Source: Trichinella spiralis
Taxonomy: Eukaryota
Assembly: GCF_000181795.1 (NCBI RefSeq)
Contig: NW_003526944.1
Location: 429,383-493,382 of the forward strand
Length of the DNA: 64,000 bases
Reading direction: 5' to 3'
The notes beneath the pieces are model-generated. The model was not told where the DNA came from and ran no database searches. It saw only the letters and a list, made by a program, of their open reading frames with translations. The translations under genes and the position numbers were made by a program. How positions within the stretch are numbered: the stretch's first letter is position 1; every line of letters starts with the position of its first letter. This document shows, piece by piece, positions 26,794-41,368 of the stretch.

Positions 26794-29700
26794 TTAAGCG
26801 ACGCTGTATTTTTCACAATCTTCTACACCATGGCAACGTCGCAGCTTGTCCAACTGAGCGCTGAGCTGCTCCAACATTGGCACGCTCAATTCGTAGACGA
26901 TGTTGTGCAACTGAAATGAAAATTAAAATATTCAAAAAATTGAATTGAAATTAAAAAAAAACAAAGATGAAAATCAATTCACTTGAAATGGATCATTGTA
27001 CATGTCATAATAGCTGACAAAGCCGGTAACAAATTCACAATAGAGAAAGTTGTGCGAACCATTCACTGTTCTCAAACAGCCGTACGAATTGTTGTACGAA
27101 TTTTGACAAAAGCAAAATGGACCCAACGTCCAAAATGGTTCCGTCCGCCAGTGACTGTTGTCATGGGAAAAGCAGTTCAAATTCGGCACACTGCAAAATA
27201 CATGCTTCGGCTTGCCTCTTCTTCGTTTGCCGTCCTCTTCTTTGCTTTTCCTACCTCTTCTACGTTCAGAACGGCCTCTTCCCATTCGTGTCGCCCAACG
27301 AATCAGATCCGCATCCGAAATTTCATCAAACGGTTTCCTGAAAACCATCACCTCACATCCCATCACAGTGTCGACTTTACAACAACTGCTTAATCGTTTT
27401 GTTCACTTTTTCAACGGATGACTCTTGTCACTGTTCAAAACACAGGGGCAGTGTTCGTGGCTACTACTGTTGTCCACAACATCGTCGAACAGACCTTGCT
27501 GGTCATCGCCACTGCTGTGCTCTGATGAACTGCCATCTTCTTCGTCTTCACTTTCGCCAAAAAATAATGACTGAACAGTGGTTCCGTTTCCTTTCAACTG
27601 CCGACGTATATACTGTTAAAAATAAACACAATCAAATGCCAACAAATTCTTTGCATTTCATTCAATTCTTAATTGAATTCTCCAAATTGAATTTTGAGCA
27701 TACTTTCAAATTTCGCAAACGTTTGCGCAACATACGTATTTTATCATTGACCACGTGCTTTTGTTGTTTGCGATTTAAAATTACACCTCGGTAAATTTCA
27801 GGCATGCAACGCAACGTGTCATTCGGGAAAAGAATACAACCTTGAGCAAGTCGAAAATCTAAATTAAAAATAAACTTGAAGACCATATTCCACAAAGTGT
27901 AGAATGTGAATATATTTCAATAATAATAATAATAATAATAATAACCTTTATGACGAATGCGTGTATTTTGTATGCTTCGAGTGGCCCGTCTAAATTCATT
28001 TTCATCAATCTATAAAAAGAAATTTTTTTCATAATAAAATTAATTTGATAAAATAAATCATCAACGGAACAAAAAATAAACATGAAAATCCTATTTGCAT
28101 AAAATATTTTCTTCAAATATGAATCTGAACAAATTTACATAAATCTCATATAAAAATAGGTATCATAAAATGAATAAAATTTATTCTAAAAATTGAACAA
28201 TTTTATTTCTAAACTAAATGTTACTCATCTATATACAAATAAAATATATTTATTGAACAAATGCAATTACAATAAATAAATAATTAATTAAAAAAACATT
28301 ATTACCTGATTATCATATTTTTCAGACGGATGAGTAGAATCACCAATAAAATCATCTTCCAAAGAATCGAAAAGTCCTTGATACCATCCTGTATGTTCGA
28401 TTTCTTCCTAAATTAAATTATTGACAAAATCAATTAAAATATTGATAAAAATGGCAAAACTGAGAAATGCTTCAAAAGTCTCACTTTACAGTATACAATT
28501 TCTCATGTTCTGTTCATCAATTTCAATACAAATTACTTATTTTATTCTGCAATTACATTTTCAGCATATTACGCTTAAAGAACAAACAAAAACGATAAAA
28601 ACTGTTTCAAAGTATAAAAATAGAATTCAAAATATTTTTATCATAAATTACCCACTTGTAACATGTGAACTTCTATAAGATGTTGGATATAGTGGAATAA
28701 TTTTGATAAAATATAAATACATTTTTTTAATAAATACATTGCGCATGACAATAAAAATTAGTATAAATCCCATTTTCTTCGGTCTGAATAAAGTGCCTGA
28801 AAAAAATATTCGTCGTAGTTCGAGAGAATTTACCTTTCTCTTTCATGCAAATGAAGAAGAAAAGAAACTGAAAAAAATACCTGTAGAAGTTGATGAAAAA
28901 ACTGTTTCTCCCATTCAATTAATGTTTGCTCAGATATGAAGATCGGTTCTTCGACCAAACTGCTCACAGAATCAGATAAGCTTGATTCAGTGAAACGCTT
29001 CATCAGCTCTAGAAAAATAAGACAAATTTTCCATTTATTTTGATTTAACAATAACTAAAATTAAATTAAATTAAATTAAGTTAAATTGCAACACACTTTT
29101 CGTTTTAGACGTTAATACGTTTTCTTCTAAAATAGTATCGTTCAATTCACAAGTACAATCCACTTTCCAAACAGATTTCGAGTTTCTGCATTTGAATATT
29201 CTATATCGGTCTACTTCATCCTTTCTACATTCCCAAAGCTAAGAAAAAAACACTTATTAAATAAAACACAAAAAAAAGTAGAACAATAGTACTTGATTAT
29301 CTTTACAAGGAGATTGATATTCTTCTTTTTCACATTCTAGTTGAATGCGAATATCTTTGCTGTAACGTTCACGCTGTTTACGAAGACGCTCACGAAGACG
29401 AACAAGCTTCGGTCGAAGTCTGAACAGAGAAATTCATAAAATATTAAAATCTCGTTTTCGTGAAATAAAGCTCCAAATCATTTTCACCCTCGTTCAATGA
29501 GCACACTGTGACGCCAACGCAATTCTGCAGATGGTTTACTAGAAAGAAGCATCAATGTAATTATACAGAAGCATGGATAAATTTATTCAAATTTTCACCC
29601 TTGCTTAAGACGAGTTTCATAAATCAACAACGGCAAAATGGAACGTCCATCGAAACGCGGCGGCGCAGGCAAGCCAGCCATATCCAGTATTGTCGGTGCA

Positions 29701-32097
29701 ATGTCGATGTTAGCCACTGGCTTTGTTACGCTGAGAGTTGTATTCATGAATTCGCGAAAGAAGCATCGCTTTTTGAAACTCACCGCAATCCTTTGGCGAT
29801 TCTTGGCCCTCTGACAAAAAATGGTACCTTGATATCACAATCGTACGGTAACGTCTTGCCTTTGATCAAGCCATACTGCCCCAAGTGATAACCATGATCA
29901 GATGTGTACAGAAAGTAGGTGTTGTCCAACAGACCAAACTGACGAAATTCTTTGTACAACTGTAAGCAGAAAAGATGCTTCAAACATACATTTTCACCTC
30001 TCACGTGATACAGCACAACTGGGGTCACCTTGTACACTGCGTCATCGACGGATAACAAAGTTTGCAAACGTCTACGTTGCAAAAAATCCGTAAACGCCAC
30101 ATGCACTGGTTCCATTTTACCCGTATGACGCAGCAGCCACTGTTTATCTGGATTTGGAGCATAATTCCAACTAGCTGTTCTGGAAAAATATTAAAATTCT
30201 CCAATGAATAGACAAGCAGACCTTTTAGTTGTATACGTGAAGTTTCAATGCTTACCGGTGAGCTGTGTTATTGGCAAAGAAATCATTATATTTCGGTGCA
30301 GGATCTTCGGGTCCGTGCGGAGCAGGAAAACTCAGAACTAACAAGATCGGCTTCTGCGGAAATAGCAGTGTGGAACGTTTGAAAAAATTTATCGAATCAT
30401 TAACAATCAGATCAGTGAAATAGTCTTCGAAATAATTGTCGCCATGCTTAATCTTGCGGCCGTTGTAATTGACAGTGTAATTATAAAACCGAGAATTTCT
30501 AACCAATGCCATCCACTCCTTCCAACCGGGTGGAATGTATGATCCGTTGTATTCATTTAAATATTTGCCAAAATAACCTGATCAAATGAAGCACACTGAT
30601 GAACGAAAAACACTTCTTTTTTACCCTCTCATTATTACTACTAGCCTGTTCTGTATCCAGAATTCGCTAAATAAGTGGCATAGGTTTTCGGTTCCAAGTG
30701 TTCAATCCAATATTGTCCAGTACAGTTGTCTTTGTTCGAATGTACGTGATGATTGTGCACGTATAATCCGGTGAGCATTGACGTTCGACTGGGACAGCAT
30801 ATTGGTGTAGTTACGTAACCGTTCACAAATTCAGCTCCTTCGTCTCGAAATATTTTCAACGTTTTTCGCATATAGTTCATCGAGCCTTCAAAAATGCACA
30901 ATTAAGCTGAATTATCATTTTCAAAAATCATGCATACATCAATCGAATTTCATCATCATCATCCGCATACGAGCTATGTTTCAAAACATGACAATCAAAA
31001 CGCGAAACAACAATTTCACAGTTTCACATTTTGGCAAGCTTTGGTAAACGTCAGACTACGATCTAATCTGTGACCACATCAACATATTCAAGCAAATTAG
31101 TGTTTGAAGCGCTCGTTATTTCACGCTTTGTTGAATTTTAATCTTCGGTGCTTTTATTCTGACAACTAAAATTATGCCATTCTGTTGAATAATTTTTAAA
31201 TTGTTAACAATCGTTCAATGTAAGCTACGTAGCCGTGAAATAAAGAATGTTCTAAATTTCAGTGCAAATTAAAATTCCACATGCAAATTAAAATACTGAT
31301 ACTATTAAGCAAAACAGTTGAAATAAAAACAAATTTCGTTACCCAGTTCTACATCTTGATCATCTGTAATAAAAAGAACGATATTCGGTCTGCTAGAATG
31401 AAACCTAAAATAATATTGAAATTTAAAAAATTAAATGAAATTAATTCTTCATTCAATCCTTGTTAGTGTCAACCAATTTTAGTTACAATGTCAATGATAT
31501 CATATTTACCCCTCTACTCATCAATAAATAACAAACAACACCGCTTTATATTATTTCCAGAAAATATGAAACATATTTACACATTTTCAAACAAAACAGA
31601 CAACGCATACTAAAAAAAATACCAAATAAAAATAAAAAATATACAATAAAATTTGAAATAAAGAGTTACTTTTTACGTAATTCAACTTGAAAGTCAAATA
31701 TGAAATTGCCGTCTCCCTTCACAATTACAATAATATTTATAAATAGTCAAGAACTGTTTCCTCGCGACTAAATGCATATTTGTGAAATCAACTCAATAAA
31801 AATAACAACAAATATAATACTGAGTTTAAATAGAAGCGTTGATATGGAAATTTTACGTGAAAATCTTACGAGCCATGGTACTGCTTTAAAATTTGTTAAA
31901 AAGTGATTTATGTCAGTGCACGGCATTAAACAACAACAACAACAACAAATATTAATATGTTTACTTATTTCAGGAAAATTTAATTTAAAAAAATTAAAGA
32001 AAAAACGGAAAAACGTAAAATCAAACCTTCGTTGCAGTGATTGATGACAACACATTGTTATAGTGACAAAAAGAAGCACCACTTCGGCAATTAGCAT
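26794..32097 (-). CDS. sul-1: Extracellular heparan-sulfate 6-O-endosulfatase (SULF1/2, sul-1 family)
   Basis: Signal-peptide exon [23 protein letters not shown] joins [17 protein letters not shown]. Formylglycine motif [14 protein letters not shown], plus [38 protein letters not shown], a basic/acidic hydrophilic domain and C-terminal [20 protein letters not shown] ... DPFQLHN ... CEKYSVA*. Confidence 0.95.
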
Positions 32098-33376
32098 GTC
32101 AGTGCCAGGAACATGAGTTCAAAACAGCAAAAAGTGGCGGCTTCTTTTGCAGACAAACTTAATGAATAAGCTGTCAAACGTAAAGTTTACCAATAGCTAG
32201 ACTTTGTTTCCGCAATCGACTCTGAAATCTTTCAAAAATTACTCTTTTCCAATTTTTATTCAATTATAATTTTTGTTTTTTGCAAATATTTTAAATATTG
32301 TTAAATTAACAAAGTTTTATCAGAATGTTTCCCTATCGATTAAAAAAATAATGGAATTTATTACGCATTAAAAAGGGGTTCTCAGTTTTCAGATGACAAT
32401 TTCACCTGAAGATCAAATTTACAGCTGAAGAAAGAAACTGAAACATGAATGATACTAGCAGTGTTCTAACAGTAATTACAGTAAACAGTGAAAAAAATGC
32501 TTGCACAACAGAAAACTGATGTATTTTATTCGGTCGATGTTCATCAGATTAGAAACAAAAAGTCGATATAAGATTCTCAATGGAACTGAGCGACTGATTA
32601 TAAGCTTCAATTTTAACAAAAATAAAATATTTATTTCAAATAAATACAAGTTCTTACCTATAAAAGTAAAATAGCTTTCTTTACAAGTGAAAATGTACAA
32701 CAAGTACATTTATGTGACATCATCAATTTGAAAAAAACCATCGTAGCGGACGCACATTCAATTCCCACCGTACATTTTGAAATGCAAGTGCAAATTTCGG
32801 TTGCTCAAAGAAATTTATTAAAATAACAAAATAAATGTTAAAAAATGAATTTAAAATTCAAATTTTAGCACATAACATTATTTTAAAGTCTACAGCGACA
32901 TTATTTTTTTGAAAATAACACGGAGGCTTATTTAAAATTCTAACAGCAGCGAATATTCGAAAACAAACGCACAACTTTGATAGCGTCTACGTCAACAGAT
33001 TAGTTTTTAAAATTAAAATTGGTAGAATTTTTCAAAAATTCCAATTTTTATCAGTAAACTGTACTTGTTTAATAACCAAAAAGAAGAATAAAAAAATTCA
33101 TTTCACTTTTATCCAAAAGCAGAATTACACACGAATGAACACGTATAACAAACAAATTCAATGAATAAATTAAATAAAAATGATATTAAAAGAGAAAAAA
33201 CTTTTGTTTTTCTTAACAAAAAGAGAACATAATTCTGATACTAATATTCGTTACGCAAAATCAAATTTAAATAATTTTTTAAAATAGCAGCAAAATGAGC
33301 ATAAATTAAAAATGTACTGTGTTGAATGTGACCGTTGAGTGAAATTTGAAAAAAAATTAAAAAAACTGCGCATCCA

Positions 33377-35606
33377 TTACTCTTTATCCAGACCCGCAAC
33401 TATGCGACATTTCTGCATTGTCGCCCGCTGCATAAACTGCTGCCTTGACAATTCTCTTACCAACTGTGAGAAAAGAAGAATAAATATGAAAATAAGAAAT
33501 ATACCACCAACACAGTATATAAAAGAAAAACGAATCAATTCACTGACCTTCAAATATGGTTCAAGTTCAACTTTGCCTTTTTTCAAAGCTTCACCCAAAT
33601 AATAGATAGTATCATCCAAAGTTGCATCTTCAGTGCAGCATTTTACAATTCTAAATTCAACTTTTTCACATTCAACAACAACAACAACAAATTTGATTGA
33701 ATAAATATTGCATAATTACTGTCGATAAAGTGGTGCAGTGGTGTCAATGGCATCGTCAATTTTTACATCATCTTCAGGTACATTTTGCAGAACGCTGTCA
33801 ATCAACTCGCTGCGTTCTTTGTATATAGAAGCGACAGTTTTCAAGCGTGCTTCTTCATCAGCTATGTCTTGCAGAATAGTTTTAACTTTATTTTTACTCG
33901 ATTCTAATTCTTCATTCGACCGACGAAGAGAATGCAATTCCGCCTACAGTAGAAATGGATTATTGTCATGTGCTGCGCGTCATTGGTCAAACAAACGTAC
34001 AGATGTTCTTCCAATAATTTCGCGAAGCTTTTTTCTCAACAAATCTTCAGCTGCAGAAAGTATACTAGCTCGGATGTGCTCGGGTTGAATAGTGCCAGTT
34101 GGTTTTATCGAATTATTTGCACAAGAAGGGTTCAAAACTGACGGATAAGGAGCAAATCCGCATGTTGAAGATGTCGCGTGACCAACTGAGTTACTTCCTC
34201 TTGGACATGGCGGTAATACAGAATTCGTAGAGTGAGCAACTGGGTTAGGATACGGAGGATATCTGGCAGGCAATGGAACTGGATACGGTGTACTAACTAA
34301 ACGTATACGACAATAAATAACACTGATATAACAATAGCAGAAAAAAAACTACATACGAGGATAAGGAGGACCTGGTAGACAAACAGTTGGATCTGGCTGG
34401 TTGGGAATAGGTGGGACTGGACGTCGATTTCGTCTAGCAAAATCGTCGTTCATAACGTTATCTAAATATAAATAGAAATAAATTCCAATTATGGCGAATA
34501 ATTGAAAAAGATGGCGAAAAATACAAAAATATGAAAACAATTTTGAAACCTGAAGAATGATAAAAAGAAGCGCTCTGCTGTGAAGCAAATGGTCTACTGT
34601 TTGCCGGTTTGTTGAACACTGGACAACTTTCACCAAAAACAATTGCTAACACTTGCAAGAGTCCAAGTAAATCCGACTTTGACTTAAAAATGAAACAAAA
34701 AAATAATTCAACAAATTCTCACAGATTAATACTAACTCGATGCCATTCGGTCAAATATGGCACATTAATTTTGCCATTGCTGTCCACATTTGACGACGGT
34801 TTGACAATCATACTCGCAGTAGGACGCACGAAACAAATTGGAGGCACATGAGGATAATTTTTCAAAAGATAAATACAAATGGGTATGTTGTAAGTTTTTC
34901 CTATAAATATCGACGATGAACAAATAAACAACATGAAGCTCATGCATGCCAGCCATTTTCACCCATATAATTAACAGGGATTGTTCCACAAAAGCAAATT
35001 GCCAATTCTCTCACGCCATCATTACCAACTGAAATTAAAAAAAACAAAACAAATCATAAAACATCATTAAAAAATAACTAAATTTACAGTTTAATAAAGC
35101 AGCGCAATTTAAGAAGCAAAATTTTGACATTCTTAAAACAAGGATTAAAATCTACAACATCTGATTGTTTGGTATTAATTTGCACTTTTGAAAGAATAAA
35201 CATTAAATCTAGCAAACCAAACTAAACATGAAAAGAAAGCTTTTTCAACGATGAACAAAAACTGCCCGATTTTAAAACAAATATCTATGTATACGAACTG
35301 ACAATAACAGATTAATAGTAGATAAATCAGAAATTTCAAATGATCACAGCTGACAAAACATGAAATCAAACTACCATCAATGCAAGTATCAAACGTAATA
35401 ATTATATTTAAAAAATACCATAAAAGTCTTTGCGAACAATGAGATCATGAAACTGTGAAAGCGCTTCCATAATTTCTTCCTTGGTATTTTCCAAATATTC
35501 AGCCTAGAATTAAAATGTAAATTAAATACAAAATCGATTTCTGTGCTGTACAAAAGGCGATTACTCCAATGGATTTCAACATTGCAGTTAACGACTCAGA
35601 ATTCAT
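33377..35606 (-). CDS. TSG101: TSG101/Vps23 ESCRT-I subunit
   Basis: UEV domain (GTIPVNY, YNIPICIYLLKNYPHVPPICFVRPT, VDSNGKINVPYLTEW), Pro-rich region, coiled coil (GTIQPEHIRASILSA) and steadiness box (TAPLYRQ ... DDTIYYLGEAL ... VRELSRQQFMQRATMQKCR). Confidence 0.95.
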
Positions 35607-36408
35607 GGCGTTCAAATAAATGAGAAAAGTTTTTATATCACAGAACGAAGTACGAAGACAATCATCAAAAGAATGTCACAAAAAACAAAGCATTCTACAG
35701 TTTATACGGTACATAAAGAAACTCAAGTTTAAATGTAGAATGATGCAATACATTACTGTGTTAAAAATTATTGAATAATTTTTTTAAATTGTTTATAATT
35801 AAAATAAGCATTTTATTATCATAACTTATTTATAACTTTTTATTTATATCAGGGACTATTTTTTTCACTGATGAAGAACATTTTTTGTTCAAATAATATT
35901 TACTTATAAAAAACGCTGCCAAAAAAGGCGCTTTTCATTTGCTTATTATTGTCTTCATTGATGTAGGAGCGTTTAGAACGAATAAAATTCTCATGTTATA
36001 ATAAGGGTAGAAAATTCTTTGTTCGTGATCATATATATCGTGAATGTGAATAACAATTTACAGGTAGATGTTAAATTGAACTAGTAAAGGTGAAATTGAA
36101 TATTAAAAACAAAATTCAACATCTTGAAAGTATTGTTTTGATTGAAAAAGCATACAAATTTACATTGTAGCACGAAAATTTCAAACTTATGGTTGACATC
36201 CTTTACACGCATTATTCTCGTCGAATTAGTATTGTTAATTATTGATTTGCATTCACAACTTTCAAAGTAAATCACTTTTAAGCGAGAATGAAATTCTGCA
36301 GGTCATTTATTAGCCTGAAGTTGAAGAAAATGCTTTAAACTGAGAAAGAAAACACGTTCAAACGGCAAAAGTTTAACCAACGGAAATGCTTTCTTGCAAT
36401 GGAAAATT

Positions 36409-39400
36409 TCAGCCAATGTCAAAAAAGGACTTCAAGTCAGGCTGACTTTGACAAGCAACCAATTCTGTGTTCGACTGCATCCCTGCATCTGGGAAAGCGG
36501 CAGCGGCGGCGGTGTATTGGTGCTTTACAGTGGCGAATTTGTTTCGATCAAAATCCAACTCTGCCAGGTTGTTGGTGGTTCTAGTGGGATCAATTTCAAA
36601 TCCAGTTTGGAAACGTTTTGGCATTTCAGATTTGGCATAAGCCGCAGAAATATAGCAGCTAGTGTCAGCAAAGTCAGCGGATCGTTCGTCTGACACGGCT
36701 GGTCTTTTCCCAACAATTGCCGCATTTTTATTGTTGTTGCTGTTAGTACTATTGCAGTTGTTGTGGTTGTTTTGCAAATAGGTGGACGATATGCGACGAT
36801 CGAACAGTGGCAAATTTTGCGTCTGCTGCGAAAGCTGGTAACCATTTCTGTGTGGTGATGCGTACTGTTGTTGGCAGTTTGCAGAAAGAGTATCATTAGC
36901 AGAAACACAGTAGGCAGTTGTGGGTGTGGCCGGATTAATCATTTGTTGCTGTGGTGAGCATTCCAAAATATCCGTACCGTAAGCAGGTGATGTGAGCGAT
37001 AATTTTTCTTCAGGCATAGAGTAGTAACGTTGACAGACGGCCGTTGTGTAACGATTTTGCAAAAACGAATCTTCTGCTAAATCATGGACAAGCGGCTCAG
37101 TTTTCGGCACTTCAGGAGTAACTGGATAATAAGAAGACGGCTGAAACGAGGTAGACGAACCGTAAACCCCATGCCCATGACGGTAAGATTCAGAAGGATA
37201 TTGCTGATTTGTAACAACGTTAGTCATCAACGTCAACGGCATGTGCAATCCATCGGCTGCGAGCGGTTGAGGGGGCGGTCTATCCATAGCTTGTGTGGCG
37301 ATGCTGGTCGGCAAGACGATGGACAACGGCGATCGTTGTTCAAGCAATTTCACCAACAAACTATTCCTCGTTGTATTGGCCTGTTTGCGCCCACCGTAAT
37401 TGCCCCTGGTCGGCTGTTGATGCATTCTTGGCCAAGAATCTTGCTGTTGAGAACCGCCGTTTTTGTAAGCCCTCTTTTTCGCAGCCGATCCACCACCGCC
37501 GGCATGGTTTGTTGCGGCTAATGAAGCAGCTTTCCTGGATCCTCTTGGTCGACTATATTCGTCAGTTTGGAGTTGTTTTCGATCAGCAACCATTTTGAGC
37601 ATATCACCGCCAACAAAAGTAGCTGCTGAAAGCACCCGACTATCTCCGGCTGTCGTGCTAAAGCCCTGTTGCAGAGACACTGGTTCATCTTGGTTCAGCA
37701 AATGACGCAATATAGTATGCTGACCAATGAAATCAGATTTCACCTCTGACGGCTTAGGTTGTTCTACGCTTTTAACTTCCGTTGCTCTCGACATCAGAGG
37801 CTCTGGTTGTTTGGTATCGAAAACCTCAGACAGCAAACGTTCAAAATCATCCTGCGGAACTTTTCGACCATCGTCAATCTTGTCGAGCGGTTGAACAAAA
37901 TTATAGCCCATTTGTTGCATATCCGTATGGAAGTTGTACTCATCACCTACGGATGGTTTTTCCGAAAACTGCGCTCGTTCCAGTGAAATGTCCAAAAAAC
38001 TATTCGTCTGGGACGGCCAAACGGACTTGGCAGCAGAACTGCTCGCAACCACGCTGGAAGGAGACGATAACGACGAAGCAATTGTCGACAAAACGCTTGT
38101 TTCCACATCCCTCGTCGACGTGCCACTTTCCAGCGAGCGGGCTGAGCGCATATCGACCGACTGCTTAACATCAGCTGTTCTATAACATAAATATACAAAT
38201 TTAAATTGAACGTTACATTAAAAATCAAACAAGTGTCAAATGATTTAATTAAACGATTAAAAACAATTTTTTCAAATATTTACATTATACAGGTGTTTCA
38301 TTAGCCTGAAGTTGAAGATATGAAATGATATATTTTTCTAATGACGCAGAGTTGTTTGTACACTTACTGCAAAATAGTACACTCGAGATGTACGACAGGC
38401 CATTGTCTGTTTACTGCTAAAGAAAATGCTTCGGCATTCTGAGACAATAGCTGACTTTTCAATGAAACAACAACAACTCCTTGATCGATGGCAACAGGAT
38501 TTTTCAAGCGTAGTTTGTCGACTGTGGCAAAACCTTTCTCATATGCTATGATAATAATAACTTTTATTTCTTTTTTTTTAACCAAAACAAACAGCAATTA
38601 TTAAAATTGTCGAAATTTTACGTAACTTACCAGTGTTCAAATTATTTTCAAGCAGATCACGATCCTCGTTACAACACAGTGCAATCAATTTGTACTTCAC
38701 AGCTTCAGTTTCCAATGCGCACAAAGCTGGATTTGTACAATTTCTGAAAGTACAATTGAAATGCAAATTATTCATTTGTCATTTAAAGACCCAAATATAT
38801 AATAAATAGACTCACTTGACTGTGCATTGCAATATTTGAGAATCCATTGAACAATAAAAATTCAACAGAGGCTGTTGTTCTTTGGCACAAATTTCCCTTT
38901 GAACGCAAACGTTGTTCGATCCACCGGTGCGAAGTGCTCCTTGCTCAGAGTCGCTGTCAGCAGGACGAACAACGCAAACCAAGCACGGTTGAGATACAGC
39001 TACAATACCATATATAATACATACATATATATATATATATGTATAAATTTCAATGATGGTATATTTTCTAAAATAAAGCTATACCCGTGGAAGGACTGAG
39101 TGATAAAAAATCATAATCGGCTCGCATTTCTTTTGGATACGGCAGTGACATTGCTGAAACGTGCATGGTTTCAAAAGTGCAATCTGCATCAGCGTTCGGC
39201 TTTTGATGGGAAAGAATGTTGTCGACATCGTTCAAAATGGAAATGGCATTTGAATCTTTTATCAAAAAGCGACAACAGAATGTTCTGCTTTGGCGTTTCT
39301 TTTCAAAACCAACAACATCAGTTGGAAAAGCAAAGTTGAACAAATTGAAAGCTAAAATTGGAAAAATTCATCCAACAACAAAATATACAAAAATAAAAAA

Positions 39401-41333
39401 GAAGACAAAGAAGTAAAATTTCAAATGAAATAAATTATTTGCTACCAGCTATGTACAAGAGAGAACAACTGAAAGCAAAAAATTACATCAATAATCTACC
39501 TGTTAAATTTTGCATATAAATAAATATAATAAATACGCTGTCAGTAGTAATAACAATAAATTTCTTTTACCAAGTGAATCTGGCAAAAGTTGCTCGAACA
39601 GGGGACGATCAGCATTGGAAACAAATTTGAAAATCGGTTGATTTAACATGTCCGATTGATGAAATTTCAAATACTTCACCACATTGTCAGAAATGTACTC
39701 TATCAAGCCTTCGGTGTTCATGACGAAAAAAAAGCTGTCCAACACGCCAAGAAGTATAGGACCAATATGCGACGCACTCAACGATAAAGCTGTCGACGAT
39801 ACGTCCCCATGTTGAATTATATTCTCTTCTAAAAAAGAGAAAAAAAACGGAGTAATACCCTGGTGAGAAGAATATTAATTAATATTAAATATGTTTTGTT
39901 TTGTTTTTCACTTTTTTCCTTTTCTCTGTTCCAATGCTGCACCACTTCTTGGACAAGCTGCCGATTGGAACAAAGCACGCCAGAGTCGACGGAATCGTTG
40001 GTGCTGCAAAGGTTCTCTTGCAACAGTTCAACCAACTCTGAGAAATACTGACTCTTCTGTTGTTCTGTGGCCGTATTGGGCGTTGGCAAATGGAAATCCG
40101 CCTGCTTCTGTGAGGGAAAATTCTCACAGTCTACCTCAGCAGACCTGGTGACCAAGCAGCTTGTGGAACCGATGCCGTTGCCGTTGTTGTTGTTGTTGAA
40201 AACAACCGGTGAAAACAATGACGACGTACCCGACGGCGATATGTTGTTCATCATCGATGTTGCATTGTCCAAGTTGTTCTGCCTCACGCTTTCAACGTTT
40301 TCCGACAACGGTGAAGAGAACACCAAACTGAAATTTAAAGACAAAATCAATTCATCATCTGCTAAATGTAAATAATTGTTTTGCTTTTTTTTCATATTAA
40401 AATAAACAATAAATAATGCTGACGATTGGAATAAAAAAGAAAATTAATTGCTCAAGCGGAGAGAAATGACCATCCCAGCCGCTCCCAAATTGCTAGCCGT
40501 GCACGTCATCTAGCGTGATGTATAGCCAACAACCAGTTTCATAATCTTCAACTGACAAAACGACAGTTAATCGAACGATATTGAAAATTTATCCCTCCGC
40601 TTCAACGACAGTATGCTTTGATTTTTCTTCGATAAATGACCATCCATTAATTACGTCATCTGATTGATAATAGCGGTTCACACACCCAAGCAATGGCAAG
40701 AACGTCTTCTTCTGACATCTCTTGATCGTTCTAATTCATTGCCACAAAAATTGCTCCCACACTGCATGCCGTCATTAAAATCAATTATAACCTCCAATGA
40801 TCAAAGATAATTTATCAATAATGAATAAATTCATCATACAATAATGAAATTGATACATATCGTTCCACGCCTATTATTGCGAAGAAACAAAAGAAAAACA
40901 ACTGTCATGACGACGAAATATTCCACATACTATTGCTACTGCTGATAATAATAATAATAATAATAATACTGATTTTCAACAAATTTGCAAAACTCTCACC
41001 AGTAAAATTTCTCTCTGCTACATGCCCTAACAATAAGCAATTGTACAAATTTAAATACAGTATGATACAGATAATTAACGAATTGTTTTGAATGAAAATC
41101 AGCTATTGATAATTTAATGATCACAATAATCAAAATTTTATTTCAATAAATTCTGGAAAAGAATGAGAAATCGTCGACACGCTATTGTGAATTCAATAAT
41201 AAAAAAAGAACTATCACCCGTTTTTTGATAACAATACGTGACCGTAACCTGAACTACTGCTACCTGACCGGCAAGAAAAATTCATCAAGCGCATCTTTAA
41301 TTTTTAATTACAAACCAATGCATTAAAATAAAT

Positions 41334-41368
<35 letters not shown>

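Noticed and set aside
33730..33745. TSG101 internal PTAP motif replaced by TTAP
   Set aside because: TTAP is, to my knowledge, common in invertebrate TSG101, so it is not unusual.
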